Shown piece by piece: positions 43,319 through 53,737 of a stretch of 63,651 bases of DNA. The notes beneath the pieces were generated by a model. The model was not told the DNA's origin, made no database searches, and saw only the letters and a program-made list of their open reading frames with translations. How positions within the stretch are numbered: the first letter of the stretch is position 1; each line of letters begins with the position of its first letter. The stretch is taken from positions 1-63,651 of the IMG/VR virus record IMGVR_UViG_3300037467_001235. One strand, given 5' to 3'. The position numbers and the translations under genes are program-made. The stretch comes from a virus. Taxonomy: Duplodnaviria; Caudoviricetes.

Positions 43319-44571
43319 GACTGCCGCCCCCGAACCGAGACCTGGACAGTGAAGTCGATCCCCGGTTCGTGCTGCGCGACGAGCTCCCAGCACTGCCCGG
43401 CATCCAGCACGACGGGTGTCCACGGCGCGCCCGTAGGCGTGTGGACAATGCCCACCTGCCGCACCTGCTGATCCCCCACCACACCGTAAGGGCGGCCCAT
43501 CACCGAATCGGCGACGATCGTGGACCCCGCAGGGAGACCCGCGAGGGACAGGAACCCGGTCCGGTCGCAGGTGGCGGTGGACCCGCACGGCCGGAACCAA
43601 AAATTCACCGACACCGGATCAGCGCCAGCAGTGACGGTGAGGGTCACCGTTTCGTCCCGGCACATCACGCCCTCCGCGGCTGGCACCTGCGCCACGCGGG
43701 TCTGCACCGAACAGACCGGGATGCAGCCCGCGCACACCGGCGGCTGCACCGCGGTCACATCCACGGTTGCCGGGACGCACACCGCCGAGGCGAGCATGGG
43801 AATCTCCGCACAGGAGCTGGGGTCTTCACAGTCGGGTGGGTGCGCCCACTCGATGGACTCAGTGACTGACGACGCCCACACCACCGTGCGGGAGGTGGCG
43901 GGCCCGTACACGTACGGGTCGAGCACACCCATTTCCCAGTCGACGGTTTTCACCGCGCCCTGCCGATGCTGCTGCCCCCGTGTCCCGAACGACTTGGTTT
44001 CCCGCAGCTCCCGCGTGTAGACGACGCGGGACATGACCCGCCGCAACAGTTCCGGGTCCGCGCTCGAATCCTCCGGATGCGCCGACAGGTACTCCAGAGT
44101 GGTGCCCGACAGGCTGGTGGCGTCGCGCAGGCGGCACGCCAGCCACTCCTTGCCGTACTCCACCCCGGCGTTCGTGCAGCCGATGAGGATTGCTTCGAAC
44201 GTGAGTCCGCGCGCCTTGTCCCGATGCGGGCCGGTCACGCCGCCCGCGCAGATCGCGTCGTTGATCTGCCGGTCCACCGGCGCGGGACCGAACCCGTCAG
44301 TACTGGTCACCCAAACACCCAGGAACTCCGCCGACTGGGGGACGGTCGGGTCATACCAGGGCGCGTTCGACAACACGTACGGTTCGTCACCGAGGAACGT
44401 GGCGAGGTCGGGCCAGGAGTCGTCATAGCGGATGTAGTCGCGGGGAGCGACGCATCGGCATTGGGCGCGGGCTTCCTCCATCGAGGACGGCACACCGGGG
44501 ACGGCGTGCGCGACTAGCCGGGACGTGTTGGTCAACTCCGTCCCGGCCAGCGCCAGATAGCCTCGGAACAC
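43315..44571 (-). CDS. minor tail protein (distal-tail-like)
   Basis: MFRGYLALAG...APWYD..SAEFLGVW; follows TMP. Confidence 0.85.
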   Translation of the reverse strand: MFRGYLALAGTELTNTSRLVAHAVPGVPSSMEEARAQCRCVAPRDYIRYDDSWPDLATFLGDEPYVLSNAPWYDPTVPQSAEFLGVWVTSTDGFGPAPVDRQINDAICAGGVTGPHRDKARGLTFEAILIGCTNAGVEYGKEWLACRLRDATSLSGTTLEYLSAHPEDSSADPELLRRVMSRVVYTRELRETKSFGTRGQQHRQGAVKTVDWEMGVLDPYVYGPATSRTVVWASSVTESIEWAHPPDCEDPSSCAEIPMLASAVCVPATVDVTAVQPPVCAGCIPVCSVQTRVAQVPAAEGVMCRDETVTLTVTAGADPVSVNFWFRPCGSTATCDRTGFLSLAGLPAGSTIVADSVMGRPYGVVGDQQVRQVGIVHTPTGAPWTPVVLDAGQCWELVAQHEPGIDFTVQVSVRGRQS

Positions 44572-44718
44572 CTACTCCTCCGGTTCCGCGAGCACGGGAG
44601 TAGGCGCGGTCAACCCCACCACGGCGAGATAGGTGGGTTCAGGCTCATGATCGGGCGGGACAGCGTCCGCGTCCGACACGGTCCGTTGCCCCAGGTCCAC
44701 GATCTGTGATTGGTCCAC
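44572..44718 (-). CDS. hypothetical protein (48 aa)
   Basis: GGGAGG RBS; fills the gap after TMP. Confidence 0.55.
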   Translation of the reverse strand: MDQSQIVDLGQRTVSDADAVPPDHEPEPTYLAVVGLTAPTPVLAEPEE

Positions 44719-44728
44719 GACAGCCTCC

Positions 44729-47700
44729 CTATAGCAGCGACAGCAGATGGTCTTGGAGCGCGACCGGCCCACCCGACCCGACGTAATGGATGGGGGCGTT
44801 CACGGTGGTGTTGCCGCGGCGCCGGCCACCGTTCTCCAGTGCGGCCACGAGCCGGTCGAACGACTCCGTCTGCCGCGGAGAGAGAACGCGTTCGGGGCTG
44901 ATGGTGTCTTTCGGCATGTAGCCCTTGCCGTAGGCGATACCGCCCTCATCGAAGCTGTCGATCGCCGCGCCTGCGCCGACCGCGATACCCGACACCACCA
45001 CCGCCGCCAGGCCGGCCAACGCCGCACCCACGACAGCGCCGATAGCTGCGCCTATCGCTGTGCCGATGCCGGGGATGATGGACCCGATCGCCGCGCCGAT
45101 CGCGGTGACGACGAGCTGGATCATCGCGGACAGGATCGCGGTGAGGATCGGGATGAGCACCGCCGTAATCAGGTACCGCAGTACGGCTTTCATGAGCGCG
45201 GTGTTCAGGCGGTTCATTTCCTGGATGACCAGGTCGCGGGACGATTCGTTGCGTTGCATCAGGTCCGCGGTGTCGGCGACGATGCGGCCTGTCGCGTCGA
45301 ACGCCGACTGCTGATCGCCGCGGAACCGGCGGATCTCGTCGTTCGCCTTGACCAAGTTGTCGCGGATCTCGATGTTCACGCCGGTGAGACGGACGATCAT
45401 GTCCACCAGCGGGCCGCCGGAGATGTCTTTGCCGAGGGTGCCGCGCGAGTTCTGGACCTTGCTGTCCTGCTGCGCGAGGGCCGCGTTCGCCACCTGCTGC
45501 GCGACCTGCTGGAACGCGCTGGTGGCGGCCTGCGCCACCGACTGCACAGCCTTCGATATCTCCGCCACCGCGTCGAACGCCGAGCCTGGCGCGCCAAACG
45601 GGGACACCGCGCCCGGACCGGGGTTGTTGCCGCCCGGTGTCGTCGCCACCGTGCCGTTCAAGTTGTTCACCGCGGCCGTCGTCGCGTTCGCCGCATCCAC
45701 CACCGTGCCGAACCCGGACCCCAGCCAGTCCTTCACCACGCCCAGCGCGGAATCGAACGCGGACTGCATGATCGGGGTCAGCACCCCGCCCGTGAGCCTG
45801 TTCGAAATCTCTGTCAGGACGGCCCGGAGTTGTTCGGTCTGCTGCTGGGTCACCAATTCCTGGCTGGACTCCGAACGCAGCACCAGATCCCGCGTCTGGG
45901 CCGCAACCTGTCCCGTCTGGGAGATTGCTTCCGCGGTCTGCTCCTGGAACTTCTGATCCTCCGGCGTCTGCCGCGGCGCGAGCTGCACGCCCAGCAGGTT
46001 CGACAACACATCTATCCCGGAGGTGAACACCGCATTCGTCAGCAAGTCGGGATCGGAGCGGCCGGGGGAGCCGCCCGCGATCTGCTGCAAACTCATCACC
46101 ATCGCGTCGAACAAACGGGTCTGCTCGGGGCTGAGGACGCGTTCGGGCGCGATCACGTTCTTCGGCATGAACCCGGTACCCGACGCGAGACCGCCGGAGT
46201 CGAAAGGCGTCACGAAGTCCAGCACCTTGCGGCCGGCATCCACGACGGAGCTGCCCACCGACTTCGCCTTGGTCCACGCGGACGACAGGCCATCGGTCAG
46301 CCCATCCGCCAGGCCGGTCAGGTACTTCACCGACCCGTTCTCGAATGCGCCCAAGTATTCGCCCGGGATCTTCCGGAATTGCGGCGGCGGCGCCCCGATC
46401 TCGGTATCGATGCGCCGGCGGATCGGTTCCGTCAGACCGTGCACGATATCGGCGATCTTCCGCGCCAGGAACCCATGCTGATCTGACACCGAAGGACCGA
46501 CTGACCCGCCGCCCGCGCCGGGCTGGAAATAGCCGTTGGCGCCGATTGGCAGGTGGTAGATGGACGCGAAGCTGGTCGGGTCGGTGCCCGCCCCGTAATG
46601 CACGTCGCCGAGCGCGCCACCGGATTCCGCGCGCATCGCTGTAGCGATACCGAGCAGCGGGATAGCGCCGAGAACACCCGCGGTGTGGCCGCCGCCGGGC
46701 CCGCCGGGGTCGTCGGTGACGCCGATGGTGAACCCGGCATCCGGACCCGATGTGAACCCCATGGGCCCGGTCTGCGGGTAACCCGCGAACGAACTGGTCG
46801 ACCAATACCGCTGCCACGGATTGAGACCGAGGATCGCGGCAGCCACAGAGCCCATGAACCCGGAGCAGTCGAAGCTGTCTCCGACGAATCGCGGCCCCGC
46901 CCACTGGTACGGCTTCCCCGACTGCTCACGCGCGAAGTTGTGACCGGCGAGCAACTGATACATCCACGGTTCGACTGCGCCGCCCTGCGCGAACCGCGGC
47001 TGCAGCTGGTCGAACAACCCTTCGGGGCTGACGTTGCCGATGCCCTTCGCCGCCACCGCGGCCCCGTACCGGTCCAGGTTGTCCCGGCCCAGGTCGGTGA
47101 CAATCTTGCCGTTATCCCACGTGAAAGGGATACCGCGGGCGATCATGTCGCGGATCGCGTACAGCACGTTCTGGCCGCCGGCGGCGATCACTTCCCTCGC
47201 GGTGACGACGTGCTCACCGTTGGACAGGTAGGCGAGGATGTCGTCGGAGGTGCCGGACCCCGGCCCGTTGACGCCACCACCGCGCGCGAATGCGAGCTCG
47301 ACAGGCTTGAGCTCTCCCAGGCCCGGAAGGAACCCAGCGACCGCGTTCCAGGCTTTGAGTAGCCCGCCGTTCCAGACGGTGCCGATGACGAACCTCACCG
47401 GATCGGCGGCGGCACTCTTCAGTCCATCCCAAATGGTTCGGATGCCCTTGACACCGTCATCGAACCAGCCTTTGACCTTGTCAATAGCGTCGCCGATCTT
47501 CGGGAACAGTGTGTCGGTCAGCCAGTCGACGCCCTTGCCGATGAAATCGTTCATCGTCTGCCAGTCGTCGGTGATCAACCGCAGAGCGGGCAGCAGCAGC
47601 TTCTGCACAACCTCGGTGACGAACCAGGTGAAGGCGTTGATGATGTCGGTGATGACTGGCAGCAGAATTTTCAGGATGTCGATCACGCCAGGCATGACCT

Positions 47701-50134
47701 GCACGGCGAGATCCACCAGCTGCGGTAGCAGCGGGATCACTGCGAGCAGCAGGTTCGCGAACGCGCTCACCAACTGAGGCAGATACGGGGCGAGCTCCTG
47801 AAGCGCGTTCGCGAACGCCTGCCCGAGTGTCATCGCGACCTGCGCCAGCACCGGCGCGAGCTGCTGGATCACCGGCTGCATCTGCTGCGCGAACGACTGA
47901 ATCACCGGCGCCAACGCCTGGAACACCGTCGACAGTGCGGGCGCGAGGGCCTGAATCGCGACCGACAGGTTCTCCGCGATCAGGGGGACGATCGGCGCGA
48001 CCGCGGTCAACAGGTCAGCGAACGCCTGCGCCAGCGGCCCCATGGCGGGGGCGAGCGCGTTCACAGCGCCGACCAAGGCGTTGCCGATCACCTGAACGAT
48101 CTGCGACAGCGGCCCGATCATCGGGGTCAGCGCGGTCATCAACGCGGACAGCAGGTTCGAGATCACCGGCAGAATCGGGGCCAGCCCCTCCGCCAGATCG
48201 CCGATGAACGTGCCCAACTGCGGCAGGATGGGGGTCAGGGCGTCCGCGAATGCCGCTCCCAGGTCCCCAAGTCCCGGCGCGAGGTTCACCAGTCCCTGGC
48301 CGAGCGCTTCGAGCATCGGCCCCAGCGACGGCAATACCCTGTCCGCGATCGTGAGCAGCGCGGTGGTGAAATTGCCGAGCAACGGCCCTATCCCGGACAG
48401 GGTTTGCGCGAACCCGTCCAGCACCGAATCCAGCAACCCCGACTTCGCGGCATCCGAGAATGCCGCCCCGATGCTGTCGCCGATCAACGCGACCTGCTGC
48501 CCGATCCCGACCAGCGCCGGGGTCACGACATGGACGAAATCCAACAGTCCCTGCGTCGCTTCACCGGTGCCCATTCGGAAACCGGCCATCAGGTTCGTCG
48601 CGCCCTGGAAGACATCGGTCAGCCCTTGCAGGCCGCGCGCGGACCCGAGGAAGTCCAGGGCCGATTTCGCGGCGCCGTTGAACTGGGTGGCGACACCAAC
48701 CATCCCGGTCTGCAACACCGGCAGCACCCGACCGGACACATCCGTCAATGTGGCGCCGAGGCCGGCGAATCCCGCGTCCTGTACGGCGTTCTTCACGCCC
48801 TCCATCGCCGGTTTCAATCCGACCAGGGCGCGCACGAACTCTTGCGCGTTCGGCGACAGCTTCGACATCGCCTCCGCGTAAGCCTGCTGAGTGGTCGTGC
48901 CTTTCGCCTGCTCGGCCGCCAAATCCCGCACAGCCTTCGCCGCATCCCTGGACGCGATCGACGCCTCATACTGGGCGTCCGCCAGGCGCTGCTCGGCCTG
49001 CTGCTGTTTGTCCTTCGCCGCGGTGACCGCGTCCGACCCTTCGATGCCCTTCTTCTGCGCTTCGGCGTTGTCCTGCTGCGCGCGAGTGTTCTCGTCAACG
49101 GCCTGGTCGTAACGCAACTGCGCACGCTCCAGAGCCACCAAATCCTTCTCATGCTGCGCCGGATTGAACACCGACTGCTGGGCCTGTTTGGTGGCCTCCC
49201 GCAGATCGATTGCCGCTTCCTTCTGCGAGATCGTCGCGCCGCGAGCCCGCAACATCGCGTCTTCGAGATCGCGCCCAGCCTGCCGGTAGGCGCGGCCCAC
49301 ATCGTCGGCAGCTTGGGTGGCTTCGCGCTGGGCGGAGGTCAGCGAACGTTGTGCGATCTGTGCGGTATGGGCGGAATCCGACACCCGGTCCTGCGCATCC
49401 GCCAATGCCCTCGACTTATCCGCCGCTTCGAGGGCTTCCTTCGGGCCGTGCTCGCTTGCGTCGTTCGCGGCCTTGATCGCGTCTTTGAAGCCGTTCAACC
49501 CGACTACCGCGGTCGCCATGATCCCGCCAGCGGCGGGCCCGATCGCCGCCAGCGCCACGGCTAAACCGCCTACCGCACCTGCCGCGGCACCAGCGGCCGG
49601 CACTATTCCGGCGAGAACGCCCGTAACAATTCCCAGGCTTCGAGCAGACGGCGCGATCGATCCAATCGCTGATCCCAGCCGTTGGAACGCGGCTGTGCTG
49701 GCGTCAGCGTCACCACGTAGCCGCGACGTACCGCCACCGGAAGGTGTCGCCGCCCGCAGCCCGGCCGCGGCAGCCGACTGCGCGCGAGACAGCGTGGCCT
49801 GGTCGACCTCCACCCGGATCTGCTGAGTGATCGGCCGTGCTTCACGCTCCAGATCAGCGTGGACGGCCCGCATGTGCTCGGTGACACCCGTGGCATCGAG
49901 GTCGACGGCAATTTCTACGCCGAGATTCGCGGCGTCCAAACGGGTTTGGAGTTCCCGCAAATGGTCGTTGACGGTGGAGTCATCGAAGTTGATGTTGATG
50001 GGGACGGTGAGCGGCCGGGCGTCCATCTGCAACTGGACTTTCCGCATCGCGGAGATGACCACGCGCGACAGGTCCGCTTCGAACCCGCGCGCGTCCGCGG
50101 TGATGGGGATGCGGATTCCGCCGGGAGCAGTCAC
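44729..50134 (-). CDS. tape measure protein with NlpC/P60-like domain
   Basis: 1801 aa, Ala/Leu repeats; GKPYQWAG...FDCSGF...GHTAG. Confidence 0.95.
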   Translation of the reverse strand: MTAPGGIRIPITADARGFEADLSRVVISAMRKVQLQMDARPLTVPININFDDSTVNDHLRELQTRLDAANLGVEIAVDLDATGVTEHMRAVHADLEREARPITQQIRVEVDQATLSRAQSAAAAGLRAATPSGGGTSRLRGDADASTAAFQRLGSAIGSIAPSARSLGIVTGVLAGIVPAAGAAAGAVGGLAVALAAIGPAAGGIMATAVVGLNGFKDAIKAANDASEHGPKEALEAADKSRALADAQDRVSDSAHTAQIAQRSLTSAQREATQAADDVGRAYRQAGRDLEDAMLRARGATISQKEAAIDLREATKQAQQSVFNPAQHEKDLVALERAQLRYDQAVDENTRAQQDNAEAQKKGIEGSDAVTAAKDKQQQAEQRLADAQYEASIASRDAAKAVRDLAAEQAKGTTTQQAYAEAMSKLSPNAQEFVRALVGLKPAMEGVKNAVQDAGFAGLGATLTDVSGRVLPVLQTGMVGVATQFNGAAKSALDFLGSARGLQGLTDVFQGATNLMAGFRMGTGEATQGLLDFVHVVTPALVGIGQQVALIGDSIGAAFSDAAKSGLLDSVLDGFAQTLSGIGPLLGNFTTALLTIADRVLPSLGPMLEALGQGLVNLAPGLGDLGAAFADALTPILPQLGTFIGDLAEGLAPILPVISNLLSALMTALTPMIGPLSQIVQVIGNALVGAVNALAPAMGPLAQAFADLLTAVAPIVPLIAENLSVAIQALAPALSTVFQALAPVIQSFAQQMQPVIQQLAPVLAQVAMTLGQAFANALQELAPYLPQLVSAFANLLLAVIPLLPQLVDLAVQVMPGVIDILKILLPVITDIINAFTWFVTEVVQKLLLPALRLITDDWQTMNDFIGKGVDWLTDTLFPKIGDAIDKVKGWFDDGVKGIRTIWDGLKSAAADPVRFVIGTVWNGGLLKAWNAVAGFLPGLGELKPVELAFARGGGVNGPGSGTSDDILAYLSNGEHVVTAREVIAAGGQNVLYAIRDMIARGIPFTWDNGKIVTDLGRDNLDRYGAAVAAKGIGNVSPEGLFDQLQPRFAQGGAVEPWMYQLLAGHNFAREQSGKPYQWAGPRFVGDSFDCSGFMGSVAAAILGLNPWQRYWSTSSFAGYPQTGPMGFTSGPDAGFTIGVTDDPGGPGGGHTAGVLGAIPLLGIATAMRAESGGALGDVHYGAGTDPTSFASIYHLPIGANGYFQPGAGGGSVGPSVSDQHGFLARKIADIVHGLTEPIRRRIDTEIGAPPPQFRKIPGEYLGAFENGSVKYLTGLADGLTDGLSSAWTKAKSVGSSVVDAGRKVLDFVTPFDSGGLASGTGFMPKNVIAPERVLSPEQTRLFDAMVMSLQQIAGGSPGRSDPDLLTNAVFTSGIDVLSNLLGVQLAPRQTPEDQKFQEQTAEAISQTGQVAAQTRDLVLRSESSQELVTQQQTEQLRAVLTEISNRLTGGVLTPIMQSAFDSALGVVKDWLGSGFGTVVDAANATTAAVNNLNGTVATTPGGNNPGPGAVSPFGAPGSAFDAVAEISKAVQSVAQAATSAFQQVAQQVANAALAQQDSKVQNSRGTLGKDISGGPLVDMIVRLTGVNIEIRDNLVKANDEIRRFRGDQQSAFDATGRIVADTADLMQRNESSRDLVIQEMNRLNTALMKAVLRYLITAVLIPILTAILSAMIQLVVTAIGAAIGSIIPGIGTAIGAAIGAVVGAALAGLAAVVVSGIAVGAGAAIDSFDEGGIAYGKGYMPKDTISPERVLSPRQTESFDRLVAALENGGRRRGNTTVNAPIHYVGSGGPVALQDHLLSLL

Positions 50135-50140
50135 GCGCGG

Positions 50141-50161
50141 AGACTGGCAAACGGGGGTGCA
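50141..50161 (-). promoter_or_regulatory. late-promoter motif TGCACCCC-N7-CAGTCT (TMP)
   Basis: 6 nt upstream of GTG 50134. Confidence 0.7.
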
Positions 50162-50170
50162 AACCCAAGG

Positions 50171-50581
50171 TCAGAGCAGTTTCGCCCGCGCCATTTCGTC
50201 CCGGACCGACGACTGGAGGAACGGATTTCCGCGGTAGCCGGGATGGTTCACGCGCCGCGCGAACACGGTCCGGCCACCGACCTCGAACCGCAGCACCCGC
50301 GCGCGGCGCGGCACGATCACATGCGGCCGAGTCCCATCGTGGACCCACCTCGCATACCGCGCGGTGGCGTACACCTCAGTCAACACAGTCGGGCCCAGGA
50401 CGGCGGTTCGGTCACCGAGCGTGGATCGCAGGTGCCCCGACCGCACATTCACCCGCCGCCGCGCCGTCCGGGTGATCGCGCGCCCGAGCTTCCGCATCGT
50501 CGGCGCGGCCTGCTGCGCCGCCTCCAGATCCACACCAGCGGGTGGGATGAAGTACGACCCGGCACGGACCTTGATCGTCAT
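50171..50581 (-). CDS. HK97 gp10-like neck/tail-completion protein
   Basis: VRSGHLRS...YARWVHDGT..H....VNHPG..NPFL. Confidence 0.8.
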   Translation of the reverse strand: MTIKVRAGSYFIPPAGVDLEAAQQAAPTMRKLGRAITRTARRRVNVRSGHLRSTLGDRTAVLGPTVLTEVYATARYARWVHDGTRPHVIVPRRARVLRFEVGGRTVFARRVNHPGYRGNPFLQSSVRDEMARAKLL

Positions 50582-50790
50582 TCGGTTACCGCGCGCCGCC
50601 GCCGTTTCCGCGGGGCAGGCTCGGGAGCCTTCTCTACGGCAGGCTCCTCGGGTTCGTCGTGGTGCCAGTCGACGATTTCGATGATGCGGTTCGCGGCAAG
50701 AGCTTTCAACCGGTCGGTCAACTCCACGGTGTGCTGTTCACCGCGCGCGCACACGTCGCTGTTGATGACGCCCTCGATGGTCACCTTCAT
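50578..50790 (-). CDS. hypothetical virion-region protein
   Basis: MKVTIEG..., TAATG coupling. Confidence 0.7.
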   Translation of the reverse strand: MKVTIEGVINSDVCARGEQHTVELTDRLKALAANRIIEIVDWHHDEPEEPAVEKAPEPAPRKRRRRAVTE

Positions 50791-51311
50791 TACTGCTCCT
50801 TCTCCAGTTCCGCGTACGCGAGCTGTGTCCACACCAACACGAGACCTTCCGGCCCCCATGGCTCCCCGGCACCGAGCGCCGTATCCGACGCCTTTCCGGC
50901 TCGTTTCGCATCGGCCATGGCCGCGCACAACGCCAAGTCGATGCGCCAGGCGTCGTCCCACTGCACTGCCGCCAACTGCTCCAACTCATCCGGGTCGTCT
51001 GTGAGGGGATGGCAGCGAGCTATACCGGCTTCGATGGTGATGGCTTTCTGGAGCGTGCACCGTGCCGTCACGGCCTCGGTGGGGAATTCCTCTGTCCGCC
51101 ACCGCCGCACGAGCCGCACCCACACAAACGGACCACACCCGTCGCACGAATCGGAGTCGGTGCCAACCCATTCCGGCGGGGTGACCGCTTCACCAGCGAC
51201 CACACGCACCCTGTCGGTGCCGCCGCCGAGCGGAGGCGCGGAGGCATCTGGCGCGAACACTGCCTGTAGGCGGGTGACCGCGAGACCGACAATCGTTGCT
51301 ACAGCGTCCAT
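50790..51311 (-). CDS. tail terminator-like protein
   Basis: PFVWVRLVRRWR...IEAGIARC...WGPEG; position after adaptor. Confidence 0.65.
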   Translation of the reverse strand: MDAVATIVGLAVTRLQAVFAPDASAPPLGGGTDRVRVVAGEAVTPPEWVGTDSDSCDGCGPFVWVRLVRRWRTEEFPTEAVTARCTLQKAITIEAGIARCHPLTDDPDELEQLAAVQWDDAWRIDLALCAAMADAKRAGKASDTALGAGEPWGPEGLVLVWTQLAYAELEKEQ

Positions 51312-52054
51312 CAGGCGCCGCCAGGATAGTCCGGAGAAATCACTGCGGGCGGCACGGAGAGCCGGTTCGGGTTCACCGCGGCGATCCACAAATCCACTTC
51401 CGGAATCCCGGTCTGCATGTTCTGGAACAGCGCGGTCGGGTCAGCGATCTTCATCGACACCCCCTGCCGGGACACCGATTCCGTACCACGCGGAAGGCGG
51501 CACTTCTGGCCCTTGCACAGGTTCCAGAACTCCAAGGCCAGAGTCCCCACCATCTGGTCCGCGCCCGCCGGCGGCTCCCGCCCCTGTAAATACTCGACAG
51601 TCCACGTGCCCGGCGACCCTGCCGGCCGGGACAGGTCTTGGTCCGGCCAGCGTCCTGACGTGGCGTATAGGCGGTCACCCTCGAGGACGTACAGCCCGGA
51701 GTCGATCACCGCCCCGTCGATGGTGACGGAGGTGATGGAGCAAACCGGCCCGGGTAGGTGCACGACACCGGGACCGCCTGTGCGGCAGAGAGGTCCGCAG
51801 CCGCAGCCGATGTTGCGCCACACCCCGGAATCCAGGTCCGGGAACCACGCGTCGCCGGGCAGCCATCCGAGATAGCCGCGGTCGTGGTCGCGTGGGCACG
51901 GCCGGACGGTGATCGGGCAGCACCCGAACTGCCTGCCTGTGAAGCTCCACAGGACGTGGACGGCGGTGTCGATCGCGGCCTGTAGCTGCGCGACATCCTC
52001 CGGCGCGGTCACCTCGGGTAGACACGCGCGCGAGACGGGCCAAGTGCAGCTCAT
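51311..52054 (-). CDS. head-to-tail adaptor
   Basis: LWSFTGRQFG.C...CRLP....VSRQGVS...TGIPEVDLW..VNP. Confidence 0.85.
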   Translation of the reverse strand: MSCTWPVSRACLPEVTAPEDVAQLQAAIDTAVHVLWSFTGRQFGCCPITVRPCPRDHDRGYLGWLPGDAWFPDLDSGVWRNIGCGCGPLCRTGGPGVVHLPGPVCSITSVTIDGAVIDSGLYVLEGDRLYATSGRWPDQDLSRPAGSPGTWTVEYLQGREPPAGADQMVGTLALEFWNLCKGQKCRLPRGTESVSRQGVSMKIADPTALFQNMQTGIPEVDLWIAAVNPNRLSVPPAVISPDYPGGA

Positions 52055-52061
52055 AGCGGGG

Positions 52062-52082
52062 ACCGTAGGTGGGAGGGGTGCA
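52062..52082 (-). promoter_or_regulatory. late-promoter motif TGCACCCC-N7-TACGGT
   Basis: 7 nt upstream of ATG 52054. Confidence 0.8.
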
Positions 52083-52087
52083 GTCCC

Positions 52088-52489
52088 TTACTCGGCTGGC
52101 GGAGTGATGTTGCGGTTCAACGGATATGTCACGGCCGGAGTCACACCCTCAATCGCGTAGTCAGGGACGAGAGCCACCCGAGCGACCCACAAAAACACCT
52201 CGGAATTGATGTACGGATACGCACCCTCCACACCGGCAGCCCGCGGCCAATATGGTGCCAGGATCTGCCCCGGCCCCGGATTCACCGAGTGCTGGTCAGG
52301 CAATGTGTCGGTGCGGATCAAGCAGTAACCCTCGTCCGGTTCGAGGTCCGCCGCCCAATACGTGGCGATGAGTCCCCCGTCGATGTTGTGCGCCCAGACC
52401 AATTGGCCTCCAGCATCGATGACCGACCATTGATCGCTGGGGACCATGTCGACCCGATTCAGTTGCGATGGCATGTCGTCCTCTTTCAT
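52088..52489 (-). CDS. hypothetical protein
   Basis: 133 aa after the SGNH protein; start may be 52474. Confidence 0.65.
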   Translation of the reverse strand: MKEDDMPSQLNRVDMVPSDQWSVIDAGGQLVWAHNIDGGLIATYWAADLEPDEGYCLIRTDTLPDQHSVNPGPGQILAPYWPRAAGVEGAYPYINSEVFLWVARVALVPDYAIEGVTPAVTYPLNRNITPPAE

Positions 52490-52498
52490 TCGGAATTA

Positions 52499-53737
52499 CT
52501 ACGGCAGCATGGTTGCCAGCTCGGTCGCCATGCGTCGATGCCCCAGCCAGGATGGGTGGATGGTGTCGCAGGTGCCGTCAGCCCATATCGCGGTGGCGCT
52601 ACCGCCGCGCATCGCACCCGCGAAGTCGATAATGGCCGAGCAGAACGATGGCTTCAGTGCCAGCCACTCGTTGTAAGAGGCGCGCACACTGTCACCGGTG
52701 GATGTGCGGGGAATGATGGTGCCCATATAGACGGGCCCACTGAAGCTCGCCAGCGTTTGCACACGGCTGATCAACGTGAGTACAGCGGCCTGCATCGTCG
52801 CCAAGGTTCCACCGCCGCCGAACGCATCGTTGGACCCGCCGCTGATCAGCAGTTCATCGACCGGATATGTGCCGAGGTTCATTCGGTTCCAGACATGCGC
52901 GATGATCACGTTCGACGTGTCTGTCGCGTAGTCGCTGAGCTTCCATCCTGCCAGCGACAGGTTGACGATCAGCCGATTGTGTTCGGCCGCCCACAAATAC
53001 ACATTGCCCCGCCACAGTGGGGTAGGCGAAATGCTGGCGCTGGTTGTGCCGCGCGTGCCGCCGATCGGCTCGAAGATGCTGTCCCCGATGACGAAACACA
53101 CCTGCCGGCGAGTCGTGCACTCGTATTCGATGATCCAATCGAACGGCACAAAGGTCACGGTCCCGCCCGAGCCGGCGACAGTCGGGTCAGTGGCCGACGT
53201 CGAGTTGGTCCAGGTCCACGCCTTCCCGGCGCCGGTCTGTACCGCGGTCGATGATGCGAATGTCCACCCGAACGCCACCAGAAATTCCGTGTTTGCGGTG
53301 AACAGGGCAGGAGCTGACGTCACCCATGGCGACGTGTAATACGTTCCGTCGCCGGGGATCGTCTGGTCCGTGGACACGATCGTCGTCGCAGCGGAACCGG
53401 TGAAACTTCCGGTATCGGAGGCATCGCCGGTGGTAGCCACACTGTGTGTGCCGACCACCAGTTTTTTCAATGTCGCCGCAGTCTTTGCGGTTTCGCCTGA
53501 GTCGCGGTTGCGGATCTTGATGCGCCATCGCGACACGTCCACGGGCAGCTTCACTATGAACCGTGTGCTGCCTGCTGTGCCTGCTGACAGGCTCGTCGCC
53601 ACTGTTCCACCCAACCCGCCGTTGGTGTGCGGGAGGATCATGGTGCGCAGGGGAAGCGGCTTCAGCGTCAGTGTGTCGCTGTCCGGTAGTTCTTTGACGG
53701 CGCCCGCGTCGAGGACGAGGGGACGACGCTCCACCAT
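52499..53737 (-). CDS. SGNH/GDSL hydrolase-domain protein (probable virion appendage)
   Basis: Blocks GDS(I), G, GSND, DTIHP. Confidence 0.85.
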   Translation of the reverse strand: MVERRPLVLDAGAVKELPDSDTLTLKPLPLRTMILPHTNGGLGGTVATSLSAGTAGSTRFIVKLPVDVSRWRIKIRNRDSGETAKTAATLKKLVVGTHSVATTGDASDTGSFTGSAATTIVSTDQTIPGDGTYYTSPWVTSAPALFTANTEFLVAFGWTFASSTAVQTGAGKAWTWTNSTSATDPTVAGSGGTVTFVPFDWIIEYECTTRRQVCFVIGDSIFEPIGGTRGTTSASISPTPLWRGNVYLWAAEHNRLIVNLSLAGWKLSDYATDTSNVIIAHVWNRMNLGTYPVDELLISGGSNDAFGGGGTLATMQAAVLTLISRVQTLASFSGPVYMGTIIPRTSTGDSVRASYNEWLALKPSFCSAIIDFAGAMRGGSATAIWADGTCDTIHPSWLGHRRMATELATMLP

